In this document: positions 28,633-37,662 of the stretch, in pieces
Numbering within the stretch: position 1 is the stretch's first letter
Layout of the letters: the number at the start of each line of letters is the position of its first letter
Assembly (NCBI GenBank): GCA_017940575.1
Contig: JAGAYJ010000015.1
Span: forward strand, 17,083 to 81,082
Reading direction: 5' to 3'
DNA length: 64,000 bases
DNA from: Bacilli bacterium
GTDB lineage: Bacteria > Bacillota_I > Bacilli_A > RF39 > UBA660
The notes under the pieces: generated by a model
Database searches by the model: none
What the model was told of the DNA's origin: nothing
Seen by the model: only the letters and a program-made list of their open reading frames with translations
Made by a program: the position numbers and the translations under genes

Positions 28633-29723
28633 GTTTTTGATATATTTAGAACTAAAGCAATCATTATCATATAACTGAGTAAGCTAGAACCACCATAACT
28701 TATAAATGGAAGTGTAATTCCTGTAATAGGCATTATACCAATAGTCATACCTATATTTTGAAATTGTTGATAAATAAGCATACCAATAACTCCAGATATG
28801 ATATATTTATCAATATTTTTTTTTGCACTAAAACCAATTTTTATTATTTTAATATCAAAGCATACAAGAAGAAGTAATAAAATAATTGAACCAATTAAGC
28901 CAAAGCAACTAGAAAATACAGCAAATATAAAATCTGTTTGAGCCTCTGGTATATATAATTTAATATTAAAACCATGACCTAATAATCCAGCTGATCCAAT
29001 TGAAGTCATACTATTAATAAGTTGATATCCTTCTTTATTTGACCAATCAAGAAGTCTATTAATTCTAAGAAAAAAACTATTACCAAATAAACTTATAAAA
29101 AGCTTTTGATTAAAAAAATATACACCAAGTATTATAGCAATAATAGATATGAAAGTAATAGCTAGTATTATAAACCACCTATATCTTATGCCTGATACAA
29201 AAAGAATTGTCATAGTTATAATTAAATATATTAATACAACACCTGTATCTGGTTCTAAGAATGTTAAAATAGTCGGTGGTATTATAATCAACATTATTTT
29301 CAATAAAAACATAAATTCATCTTTAACGCTTGGTTTTTTATACTTTTCTTTATATTTTGAGCACTCATAAGAAAGAGTTATAATAAGAGATATTTTCATA
29401 AACTCACTAGGCTGTATTGTACCAATACCATTTACTTTAAACCAACACTTTGCTTCATTTATTGGTGGCGCAAATAATAAAAGTAAAATAAGCATAATGT
29501 TGCTTATAAAATAAAGAGGGTAAGTATATTTATAAATTTTTTCATTACCAATTTTTAAGATTAAAAAGATTAAAAAATATCCAATTATATACCAAATAAT
29601 TTGTTTTATATAATAGTTATTTGAATCAGCTAATAATATTTCCGATGCATATACGGTTATAATACTTATAATAGTAAAAACAATTAATAATAACAAAACA
29701 CTTTTATCTATTCTTTTTATCAT
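28629..29723 (-). CDS. SEDS family peptidoglycan glycosyltransferase (RodA/FtsW/SpoVE)
   Basis: 10 TM; conserved PEAQTDFIFAVFSSCFGLIG and LPFISYGGSS blocks. Confidence 0.8.
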   Translation of the reverse strand: MIKRIDKSVLLLLIVFTIISIITVYASEILLADSNNYYIKQIIWYIIGYFLIFLILKIGNEKIYKYTYPLYFISNIMLILLLLFAPPINEAKCWFKVNGIGTIQPSEFMKISLIITLSYECSKYKEKYKKPSVKDEFMFLLKIMLIIIPPTILTFLEPDTGVVLIYLIITMTILFVSGIRYRWFIILAITFISIIAIILGVYFFNQKLFISLFGNSFFLRINRLLDWSNKEGYQLINSMTSIGSAGLLGHGFNIKLYIPEAQTDFIFAVFSSCFGLIGSIILLLLLVCFDIKIIKIGFSAKKNIDKYIISGVIGMLIYQQFQNIGMTIGIMPITGITLPFISYGGSSLLSYMIMIALVLNISKT

Positions 29724-29809
29724 GCTATCACCAGTTTTATAATACAATTAATTACTAAATACAACAATCAATATGACAAAATTTGCTAAAAAAAACAGGT
29801 TTTACCTGT

Positions 29810-30040
29810 TTATAACATTTGATAATTAGAACTATTGTAGTTGTTATTTATTGAATTTTTATTGTTTATATAGTTTTCAATAGATGCAACTCTTCTTTCT
29901 AAATTATCAAGTCTAGCATCAATACCACTCATATCTACATTACTATTACATTCACTACTTACTATTGTAGGTGGCATCTGCATCATATTAGGCATTGGTC
30001 CTTGATATATAGGATATGGAAGATTAAAATTTTGATTCAT
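29810..30040 (-). CDS. Hypothetical small Pro/Asn-rich protein (76 aa); N-terminus MNQNFNLPYP resembles the 3942-4121 protein
   Basis: AGAGGTGA RBS; shares MNQN[YF]x[LM]PY start with the small protein at 3942-4121. Confidence 0.4.
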   Translation of the reverse strand: MNQNFNLPYPIYQGPMPNMMQMPPTIVSSECNSNVDMSGIDARLDNLERRVASIENYINNKNSINNNYNSSNYQML

Positions 30041-30084
30041 AAATTCACCTCTATCTGATAATAATATATGTAAATCACTAAAAA

Positions 30085-30723
30085 ATGTGTTATTATATTA
30101 ATATGGAAAGTATAGATAATAAAAAATATGAAAAAGAGTTAAATAAAAAGGGCGTAAAAATAATAGGAGGTGTAGATGAAGTTGGAAGAGGTCCTTTAAT
30201 TGGACCTGTTGTAGCTTGTTGTTGTGTTCTTCCAGATAACTTTGAACTAAAAGGATTAACAGATTCAAAAAAGTTAAGTGAAAAAAAGAGAAATGAATTT
30301 TATGAATATTTAACTAAAAATACTATTTATGGTCTTGGTATAATAGGACCTGAAAAAATAGATGAGGTAAATATTTATGAAGCCACAAAACTTGCTATGA
30401 TTGAAGCTATAAATAATGTAAAAAAACAAATAAAGTTAGAACATGTTTTGATAGATGCTATGCCACTTGATTTAGATATACCGTCAACATCCATTATAAA
30501 AGGTGATTTAAAAAGTATATCCATCTCAGCTGCAAGTGTAATTGCTAAAGTAACTCGTGATAATATGATGATTGAACTTGATAAATTGTATCCAATGTAT
30601 GGATATAAGTCTCATAAAGGATATCCTACGAAAAAACATATAGAGGCAATTAGTAAATATGGACTTATTGATGGATATAGAAAAACTTATGGACCGGTTA
30701 AAAAAATATTAGAGGGTGAATAA
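30085..30723 (+). CDS. rnhB: Ribonuclease HII
   Basis: GVDEVGRGPLIGPVVACCCVL..., DSKKLSEKKR, catalytic D/E/D blocks; alternative start at ATG 30103. Confidence 0.9.
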   Translation: MCYYINMESIDNKKYEKELNKKGVKIIGGVDEVGRGPLIGPVVACCCVLPDNFELKGLTDSKKLSEKKRNEFYEYLTKNTIYGLGIIGPEKIDEVNIYEATKLAMIEAINNVKKQIKLEHVLIDAMPLDLDIPSTSIIKGDLKSISISAASVIAKVTRDNMMIELDKLYPMYGYKSHKGYPTKKHIEAISKYGLIDGYRKTYGPVKKILEGE

Positions 30724-31141
30724 TATGAATATAAAAGTATTAAAAACAAATAACAAAGAAGTGTTTGATTTTTTAATAACACAAGCTTATAATGAATTAA
30801 AACACAATAGAGGATTATCTAATATAAAAGATGAATTTTTAAAAAATTATATAAAAGATATTAATGTTGATGATAAGTTATATGGTGCTTATATTGATTC
30901 TAAGTTAGTAGGGTGTGCATATCTTACTTATGATAACTATATAAAAGATATATATGTCTTAAAAGAGTATAAAAAATATGAAGTTGAAAAACAAATAATA
31001 AAAAAAATAATTGAAGATAATGATAAAAGTATTATTTCGTCACATATAAATCCTAATAGTATAGATAAATATGAAAAGTTGGGTTTTGAAGAGATTGATA
31101 ATGTTGGTGATTCTATAATGGTAGAAAGAAGAATTAAATAA
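30724..31141 (+). CDS. GNAT-like acetyltransferase (divergent)
   Basis: About 140 aa with VLKEYKKYEVEKQIIKKI motif-A-like segment; GAGGGTG RBS; start overlaps rnhB stop region. Confidence 0.35.
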
Positions 31142-31665
31142 TGATTATAAAAAATATAAAAGTAGGTTACTTACAAACTAATTGTTACATTTTAATTAAA
31201 GATAATAAATGTATTGTAATAGATCCAGGAGACGAAGTTTATAAAATAGAAAGTGTAATTGGAAATAATAAACTCGTAGGAATTATTGTTACACATTATC
31301 ATGAAGACCATATAGGAGCACTAGAGGAATTAAAAGAGTCACATAATGTACCAGTTTATGATAGAGGTAATTTAGAAGAAGGAATGAACTCTATTGATAA
31401 TTTTAACTTTGAAGTTTTATATACACCAGGTCATAGAAATGATTCTATAACAATCATATTTAGAGAATATCACTCAATGTTTACAGGAGACTTTTTATTT
31501 AAAGGATCAATTGGAAGAACTGATTTAGAAACTGGAAATGATATAGAGATGCAAGAGTCAATTAATAAGATAAAAGAGTATAGTAGTAATTATAGAGTAT
31601 ATCCGGGTCATGGTGATACAACAACACTTCTTGATGAATTTAATAACAATATTTTTTTAAGATAG
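31141..31665 (+). CDS. MBL-fold metallo-hydrolase
   Basis: VTHYHEDHIGAL (HxHxDH), downstream His/Asp ligands; start overlaps previous stop (TAATG). Confidence 0.8.
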   Translation: MIIKNIKVGYLQTNCYILIKDNKCIVIDPGDEVYKIESVIGNNKLVGIIVTHYHEDHIGALEELKESHNVPVYDRGNLEEGMNSIDNFNFEVLYTPGHRNDSITIIFREYHSMFTGDFLFKGSIGRTDLETGNDIEMQESINKIKEYSSNYRVYPGHGDTTTLLDEFNNNIFLR

Positions 31666-31683
31666 ATTTAATCTATCTTTTTT

Positions 31684-31716
31684 TGTCGAGTAAAATAATT
31701 AGCTACTTTTGTCGAA
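31684..31716 (+). promoter_or_regulatory. Two Spo0A-box-like sites (TGTCGAG at 31684-31690; perfect TGTCGAA at 31710-31716) upstream of spoIIAA
   Basis: Match to the 0A box consensus TGTCGAA, positioned 50-80 nt upstream of the spoIIAA start as in known spoIIA promoters. Confidence 0.45.
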
Positions 31717-31766
31717 TTTCACACAAATAAAATTTTAAGTGTTAAAGTTTATTTGGACGTGATAAA

Positions 31767-32108
31767 GTGAGGATAAATACAGAATATAGAAAAGGAATAA
31801 TTTTTTTAAGAATTAAAGGTTATTTAGATAAAAAGTCATATAAAGAGTTACTTGATGAAGTTAATAATATTATAGAAAATTTTGGAATAACTAATATAGT
31901 TCTTAACTTAGATGAGATTACAAAAATTGATATGAAAGGTATAAGTAGTATTTATTTTATATATGAAAAGTTAAAAAAATATAAAGGTAGCATTTATTTA
32001 TGTAGCAACAATAATGAAGTTAAATCAAAATTAAAAAAAGAAAGATTATTCAAATATATAAATGAGATAGATAGTGAACTTAAAGCCTTTGATTTAATTA
32101 AAATATAA
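31767..32108 (+). CDS. spoIIAA: Anti-sigma-factor antagonist (STAS domain), SpoIIAA-like
   Basis: STAS fold with LNLDEITKIDMKGIS aligned to the SpoIIAA LNLEDLSFMDSSG phospho-site region (Thr at the Ser position); immediately upstream of the sigF-like gene. Confidence 0.65.
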   Translation: MRINTEYRKGIIFLRIKGYLDKKSYKELLDEVNNIIENFGITNIVLNLDEITKIDMKGISSIYFIYEKLKKYKGSIYLCSNNNEVKSKLKKERLFKYINEIDSELKAFDLIKI

Positions 32109-32119
32109 GGAGGAATAAT

Positions 32120-32764
32120 ATGGATAATAGTGTAGTTTTAGAATACCAAAAATATATATATGGGATTGCTAAAAAGTTTGAAGGTTATAAGTCAAAAGAA
32201 GATTTATATCAAGCAGGATTTATGGGTCTTGTTATGGCGCTTAGAAATTATAAAAAAGAACTTGATTCAAAGTTTTCAACATATGCATATAAATATATAT
32301 ATGGTGAGATGTGTAAACTAGCACGTGAAGATAAACTTATTAGATTAAGTAGAAATGTTATAAAATTAAAAACTAGTATTGAAAATGCTAAAAGTTTTTT
32401 ACAACAAAAGCTGAATAGAGAGCCTACAATGTTAGAATTATCTAACTTTTTAGAGATGAGTATTAGTGATATAGAAGAAGTGTTAAAAATTAATACTACA
32501 TATCAAAGTATAGATGGACCAATTAAAGATGATTCAAAAGAATTAAATCTATATGATGTAATACCATGTAAAAGTTTGGATATGGAAACACTTGTTGCAC
32601 TAAAGGAAGCTTTGTCAAAAATAGATGATACGAGTAGAGATATACTTAACTATAGTATGAATATGACTGAAAGTGAGATTGCTAAGATGTATAATACTAA
32701 TCAGGTAAATATTTCAAGAACACTTAAAAAGATAAAACAAAACATAAGAACAAATATGCAATAA
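32120..32764 (+). CDS. sigF: Sporulation sigma factor of the SigF/SigG family
   Basis: Region 2 DLYQAGFMGLVMALRNYK..FSTYAYKYIYGEM; region 4 SEIAKMYNTNQVNISRTLKKI aligning to B. subtilis SigF SEVAERLGISQVQVSRLEKKI; context spoIIAA upstream, spoVA downstream. Confidence 0.75.
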   Translation: MDNSVVLEYQKYIYGIAKKFEGYKSKEDLYQAGFMGLVMALRNYKKELDSKFSTYAYKYIYGEMCKLAREDKLIRLSRNVIKLKTSIENAKSFLQQKLNREPTMLELSNFLEMSISDIEEVLKINTTYQSIDGPIKDDSKELNLYDVIPCKSLDMETLVALKEALSKIDDTSRDILNYSMNMTESEIAKMYNTNQVNISRTLKKIKQNIRTNMQ

Positions 32765-32809
32765 TGCATATTTTTTTTTAAACTAATCATAATAAAATTA
32801 GGTGATATT

Positions 32810-33256
32810 GTGGATAAAAATATGTATAAGAGTTTAGTTAATAAACATAAACCTAAAGAAGATTATTTAAAAAATGAAGTAATAGCTTTTATAGTTGGAG
32901 GATTAATGGGAATTATAGCGCAAGCTTTAATTGATATATATTCTTATATTCTAAATATTCCTTCAAAAGATGCATCTACGTTTATGATTGTTACATTAAT
33001 ATTTATAGGATGTTTACTTACATGTTTAGGTTTTTTTGACAATATTGTAAAAAAATGCGGTGCTGGTTTAATTGTCCCTATTACAGGATTTGCACACTCT
33101 ATGATGAGTGCCGCACTAGATTTTAGAAAAGAAGGAATGATAAATGGAATAGGCGCTAATATGTTTAAACTAGCAGGTTCAGTTATAGTATTTGGTGTTG
33201 TATCAGCATACATCTTTGGTCTTATTAGGTACTTATTTTTTGGAGGTGCTATATGA
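32810..33256 (+). CDS. spoVAC: Stage V sporulation protein AC
   Basis: Four-TM protein with the conserved GGLMGIIAQALID and GAGLIVPITGFAHSM SpoVAC blocks. Confidence 0.85.
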   Translation: MDKNMYKSLVNKHKPKEDYLKNEVIAFIVGGLMGIIAQALIDIYSYILNIPSKDASTFMIVTLIFIGCLLTCLGFFDNIVKKCGAGLIVPITGFAHSMMSAALDFRKEGMINGIGANMFKLAGSVIVFGVVSAYIFGLIRYLFFGGAI

Positions 33257-34242
33257 CATTTAAATATGATAATGTATTTATAAATAGTTCATCTACAACA
33301 GCAGGTAAGTATGAAGCAAATGGTCCATTTGGGAGTCTATTTGATAAGACTTATAATGATTTTTATATAGGATGTAATAACTGGGAGAGTGCAGAAGAAA
33401 AGATGAATATGGACTCTCTTCAAATATTATTTAAAAAAATAAACAAAAAAACTACTGATATAGATTTGTTTATATCAGGAAGTTTACTTAATCAAATTAT
33501 TCCATCTAACTATATAGCTAGTAAATTAAAAATACCATATCTTGGTATTTATAGTGCATGTGCAACTAGTGTAGAAGGTTTAATTATAGCATCTAACTTT
33601 ATAGAATCAAAACAAATTAAAAATTCTATTGTTACTACTTCTTCACATAATAATGCAGCAGAAAAACAATTTAGATATCCAGTTGAATATGGAGGAGTTA
33701 AACCTAAAACTACAACATTTACAACTACAGGATCAGCAAGCATTTATCTATCAAACGTTAAAAGTAGTATAAAAGTAGAATCATCTACTATTGGTAGAGT
33801 AATAGATATGGGAGTTACTGATGTATTTAATATGGGAGCAGTTATGGCACCTGCATGTGCTGATACAATTTATAGACATTTAATAGACACCAAGAGAGAT
33901 GTAAACTATTATGACTTAATCTTAAGTGGTGATTTAGGAATATATGGAAAAGATATTTTGAAAGACTATATGAATAAAGAGTATGGTATAAATTTAACTA
34001 ATTATGATGATTCAGCATCTATGATATTTGATATTAAATGTCAAGATGTATATGCAGGAGGTAGTGGTCCTGTATGTCTTCCTCTTGTTACATATACTTA
34101 TATATTTGATTTAATGAAAAAGAAAAAACTAAAAAAAGTATTATTAGTTGCAACAGGATCATTACATAGTGTACAAAGTGTTAATGAGAAAATGACTATA
34201 CCAGCAATTGCTCATGCTATTAGTTTGGAGGTAATAGAGTGA
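33253..34242 (+). CDS. spoVAD: Stage V sporulation protein AD (thiolase-fold)
   Basis: 329 aa; YIGCNNWESAEEKMNMD..., GSACATS; overlaps spoVAC stop; classic position in the operon. Confidence 0.85.
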   Translation: MTFKYDNVFINSSSTTAGKYEANGPFGSLFDKTYNDFYIGCNNWESAEEKMNMDSLQILFKKINKKTTDIDLFISGSLLNQIIPSNYIASKLKIPYLGIYSACATSVEGLIIASNFIESKQIKNSIVTTSSHNNAAEKQFRYPVEYGGVKPKTTTFTTTGSASIYLSNVKSSIKVESSTIGRVIDMGVTDVFNMGAVMAPACADTIYRHLIDTKRDVNYYDLILSGDLGIYGKDILKDYMNKEYGINLTNYDDSASMIFDIKCQDVYAGGSGPVCLPLVTYTYIFDLMKKKKLKKVLLVATGSLHSVQSVNEKMTIPAIAHAISLEVIE

Positions 34243-34589
34243 TTTATTTTAATGCCTTTATCTTTTGTGCAGTGGTATGTTTAATTGGTCAGATTATACT
34301 TGATCATACATCTCTTACTGCAGGACATGTTACAACTATTTTTGTAGTAACGGGAGCTTTTTTAGATATATTTAGTATTTATGATAAATTTGTTTTATAT
34401 GCTGGTGGAGGAGCTTGTGTTCCAATTACTAGTTTTGGGCACTCTTTAATTCATGGAGCAATTGAGAGTGCTAAAAATAATGGCTTTATAGGTTTACTTA
34501 TGGGTATGTTTGATCTAACTGCATCAGGTATAACTGCAGCTATTGTATTTTCATTTATCTTGTCATTTATATTTAAACCAAAGGACTAA
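34239..34589 (+). CDS. spoVAE: Stage V sporulation protein AEb
   Basis: 116-aa membrane protein similar to SpoVAC C-half (GGGACVPITSFGHSLIHGA); overlaps spoVAD. Confidence 0.8.
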   Translation: MIYFNAFIFCAVVCLIGQIILDHTSLTAGHVTTIFVVTGAFLDIFSIYDKFVLYAGGGACVPITSFGHSLIHGAIESAKNNGFIGLLMGMFDLTASGITAAIVFSFILSFIFKPKD

Positions 34590-34677
34590 ATTGGTTCTTT
34601 TTTTGTCTACTTTTGTCATATTGATTGATAAGTAAAAAATACTTGATATTATATATATCCCAGAAAGGAGATATAAT

Positions 34678-35652
34678 ATGATAGATATAAAAGAAGCATT
34701 AGATGAAGTCATATTAGATATTAAAAGTGAGATTAAAAATACACAAATTAAGACAATAAGACAGGCAAATTATAATCTAATGAATTTGTATTTTAATATT
34801 GGTAAAATATTAAATGAAAAGAGTAAATATGGTAATAATTTTATAAAAAAAGTTTCTATTGCAATTAAACTAGACTATCCAAGTATTAAGGGATTTTCAG
34901 AAAGAAATTTAAAAAGAATGAAAAGATTCTATTTAGAATATAGAGATTTAGGTGAAAAAGTGCCACAAGCTGTGGCACAATTACCTTGGGGACATAATAT
35001 ACTACTCTTTGAAAAAATAAAAGATAAAAAAATAAGAAAAACATATATAGATGCTACATTAGAAAATGGCTGGAGCAGAAATACTTTAGATTTTCAAATA
35101 AGGTCAGATTATCATAAAAGAGTTGGTAATTCCATTAATAATTTTAAAATGGTTTTAGATAATAAAAGTGATTTGGTTAATAATGTTTTGAAGGATCCAT
35201 ATATATTTGACTTTATTTCTATTGATAATGATTTTAAAGAAAAAGATTTAGAAAAAAATATGATTCAAAAAATTAGAGATGTTATCTTAGAATTAGGAGA
35301 TGGATTTAGTTTTGTTGGAAATCAATATAAATTAACTCTTGAAGGTAAAGACTATTATTTGGACATGTTGTTTTATCATTTGAAATTAAAATGTTATGTT
35401 GTTGTAGAATTAAAAATGACTGAGTTTAAACCGGAGTATGCAGGTAAAATGAATTTTTATCTATCACTTGTTGATGATAAGTTGAAAAATAAAAATGATA
35501 ATCCTACAATTGGACTAATACTTTGTAAGGATAAAAATAAATTAACTGTACAATATGCACTTAAAAATATTGAAAAACCTATTGGCGTTAGTTCATTTAG
35601 ATTAGCAAACTATCTGCCATCTGAAAAGGATTTAAATTTATTTATAAAATAA
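34678..35652 (+). CDS. YhcG/DUF1016 family PD-(D/E)xK nuclease
   Basis: N-terminal helical domain and C-terminal block GDGFSFVGNQYKL....DYYLDMLFYHLKLKCYVVVELK typical of the DUF1016 restriction-endonuclease-like fold. Confidence 0.7.
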   Translation: MIDIKEALDEVILDIKSEIKNTQIKTIRQANYNLMNLYFNIGKILNEKSKYGNNFIKKVSIAIKLDYPSIKGFSERNLKRMKRFYLEYRDLGEKVPQAVAQLPWGHNILLFEKIKDKKIRKTYIDATLENGWSRNTLDFQIRSDYHKRVGNSINNFKMVLDNKSDLVNNVLKDPYIFDFISIDNDFKEKDLEKNMIQKIRDVILELGDGFSFVGNQYKLTLEGKDYYLDMLFYHLKLKCYVVVELKMTEFKPEYAGKMNFYLSLVDDKLKNKNDNPTIGLILCKDKNKLTVQYALKNIEKPIGVSSFRLANYLPSEKDLNLFIK

Positions 35653-35684
35653 TTATTTTATGGTATAATTTATATGGTGATGAT

Positions 35685-36050
35685 ATGGATTGTGTATTTT
35701 GTAAAATAGTAGAAGGAACACTACCTTCAAAAAAAGTATATGAAGATGATTTAATAATTGGTATTATGGATATTGATCCATTTTGTGATGGACATGTTCT
35801 ACTTATTCCAAAAAAACACTATACTGATATGATGGAGTTAGATAGTGATTTATTAAAACATATTAATGATGTTGCTAAAGACTTAACTAAAAAACTTATG
35901 ACTAAATTAGATAAAAAAAGTATGACTGTAAGTTATAATTATGGCGATAAACAAGTTGTTAAACATTTTCACTTACATTTACTTCCTAATATGGATGATA
36001 AACCAACTCATACAGTAGATGAGATGTATGAGAGTATTATGAATAACTAA
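35685..36050 (+). CDS. HIT family (histidine triad) hydrolase
   Basis: CVFCKI N-terminal zinc motif, GHVLLIPKKH, HFHLHLLP histidine triad. Confidence 0.8.
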   Translation: MDCVFCKIVEGTLPSKKVYEDDLIIGIMDIDPFCDGHVLLIPKKHYTDMMELDSDLLKHINDVAKDLTKKLMTKLDKKSMTVSYNYGDKQVVKHFHLHLLPNMDDKPTHTVDEMYESIMNN

Positions 36051-36189
36051 CTTGTAATAATTAATTTTTTATGATATTATGTATTTAGATGAAGGAAGCT
36101 TCATAAAATAAAAAAGGAACACTTAATATGCAGAGTTGAGTGTTGCCTAAAATGTGGTTTCACCTAACTATGAGTTAGGTGTTTTTCTT

Positions 36190-36273
36190 TTATATAAATA
36201 TTATGATTAGTAATATTATAAGTAAAAGAATGATAAGAAGTAGTATGAAGATTAATGCATCTTTCTTACTCAT
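36190..36273 (-). CDS. Small hydrophobic membrane peptide (27 aa) MSKKDALIFILLLIILLLIILLIIIFI; RBS sequestered in a perfect hairpin
   Basis: Not in ORF track; GGAGGTG RBS 8 nt upstream; the SD lies inside the inverted repeat CCTCCAAgaTTGGAGG (36281-36296); paralog of the 7289-7366 peptide; terminator cacctaactatgagttaggtg shared with the upstream HIT gene. Confidence 0.4.
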   Translation of the reverse strand: MSKKDALIFILLLIILLLIILLIIIFI

Positions 36274-36407
36274 AATATCACCTCCAATCTTGGAGGTAAC
36301 ACCCAACTATTAAGTATTCCTAAACATATTATAGCAAAAATATGTTCGCAATACAAGAAATGATTAATTATTTCATTTTAATTGCATACATTTAACTAGG
36401 TGATTAA

Positions 36408-37610
36408 ATGAAAAAGTTTTTAATTATATTGATATGTCTTTTTATTCCAATAAATATCTATGCATCAGATACAGGTCCTATTGAAGGAAACGAATTAGAG
36501 GTAATAGGTGAGGTAAAAGAAGATAAAGGACTTGCTGGAAATGCAAAGTCAGCTATATTAATAGATGCATCAACTGGAGAGGTTTTATTTGAAAAAAATT
36601 CACATGAAAAATTAGCACCTGCATCAATGACTAAAATGATGAGTATGTTACTTATATTAGAAGCAATAGAGAATAAAGTAATTAATTGGGATGATATTAT
36701 AACCGTTAGTGAAAATGCATCAGGTATGGGTGGATCTCAAATACTCCTCGAGACTAATGAGAAGATGAGTGTACATGATTTATTTAAAGGAGTAGCTGTA
36801 GCTTCAGGTAATGATGCAGTTGTCGCACTAGCAGAGGCTACATATGGAACTGTTGATAACTTTGTGTCGGAGATGAATAAAAAAGCAAAAAAACTAGGAC
36901 TTAAAGATACTAATTTTAAAAATGTACATGGTCTTGATGTTGAGAATCATTATTCATCTAGTTATGATATGGCTTTAATTGCTAAAGAACTAGCTCGTCA
37001 TGAAAAAGTGTTTGAGTTTACTTCAATTTATGAAGATTACTTAAGAAAAGGAACTCCTCGTGAGTTTTGGTTAACTAATACAAATAAACTTGTTAGATTC
37101 TATACAGGAGTTGATGGTTTAAAAACAGGTTATACACCTGAGGCTGGATACTGCCTAACTGCAACTATAAAAAAAGATGATATGAGACTTATATCGGTAG
37201 TAATGGGTGAACCTTCCAGTACTGTTAGAAATAAAGAAACAACAGAACTTTTAAACTATGGATTTAGTCAATATAAAACAACTAATGTAGCGCGCAAAGG
37301 TCAAGTCATAACAGAAATAGAACTTCCAAAATCAGAAAATATAAAAATAGGCATTGTACCATATGATAATGTAAATATCTTAACTAAAAAAAATGAAAAG
37401 ATTGGTAATATTACATATAAAGCAAAAGTTGATAAAATAAACTTAAATACAAAAGTAAATGATAAAGTAGGAACACTTTTTATATATGAGAATAATAAAC
37501 TTATAAAAGAGACACCTTTAACTATTAAAGATGAATTAAAAAAAGCATCATTCTTAACTTTATATAAAAGATATTTATCTAACTTAATAACAGGCAATAT
37601 TAAATACTAA
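36408..37610 (+). CDS. D-alanyl-D-alanine carboxypeptidase (PBP5 family; DacB/DacF-like)
   Basis: Signal peptide, SxxK (ASMTKMM), SGN (ASGND), KTG (KTGYT) motifs, C-terminal PBP5 domain. Confidence 0.85.
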   Translation: MKKFLIILICLFIPINIYASDTGPIEGNELEVIGEVKEDKGLAGNAKSAILIDASTGEVLFEKNSHEKLAPASMTKMMSMLLILEAIENKVINWDDIITVSENASGMGGSQILLETNEKMSVHDLFKGVAVASGNDAVVALAEATYGTVDNFVSEMNKKAKKLGLKDTNFKNVHGLDVENHYSSSYDMALIAKELARHEKVFEFTSIYEDYLRKGTPREFWLTNTNKLVRFYTGVDGLKTGYTPEAGYCLTATIKKDDMRLISVVMGEPSSTVRNKETTELLNYGFSQYKTTNVARKGQVITEIELPKSENIKIGIVPYDNVNILTKKNEKIGNITYKAKVDKINLNTKVNDKVGTLFIYENNKLIKETPLTIKDELKKASFLTLYKRYLSNLITGNIKY

Positions 37611-37662
37611 TATTGTCTTTTTATGTATTGACAAGTTTGATATAATAAATGTAGGTGATAAA

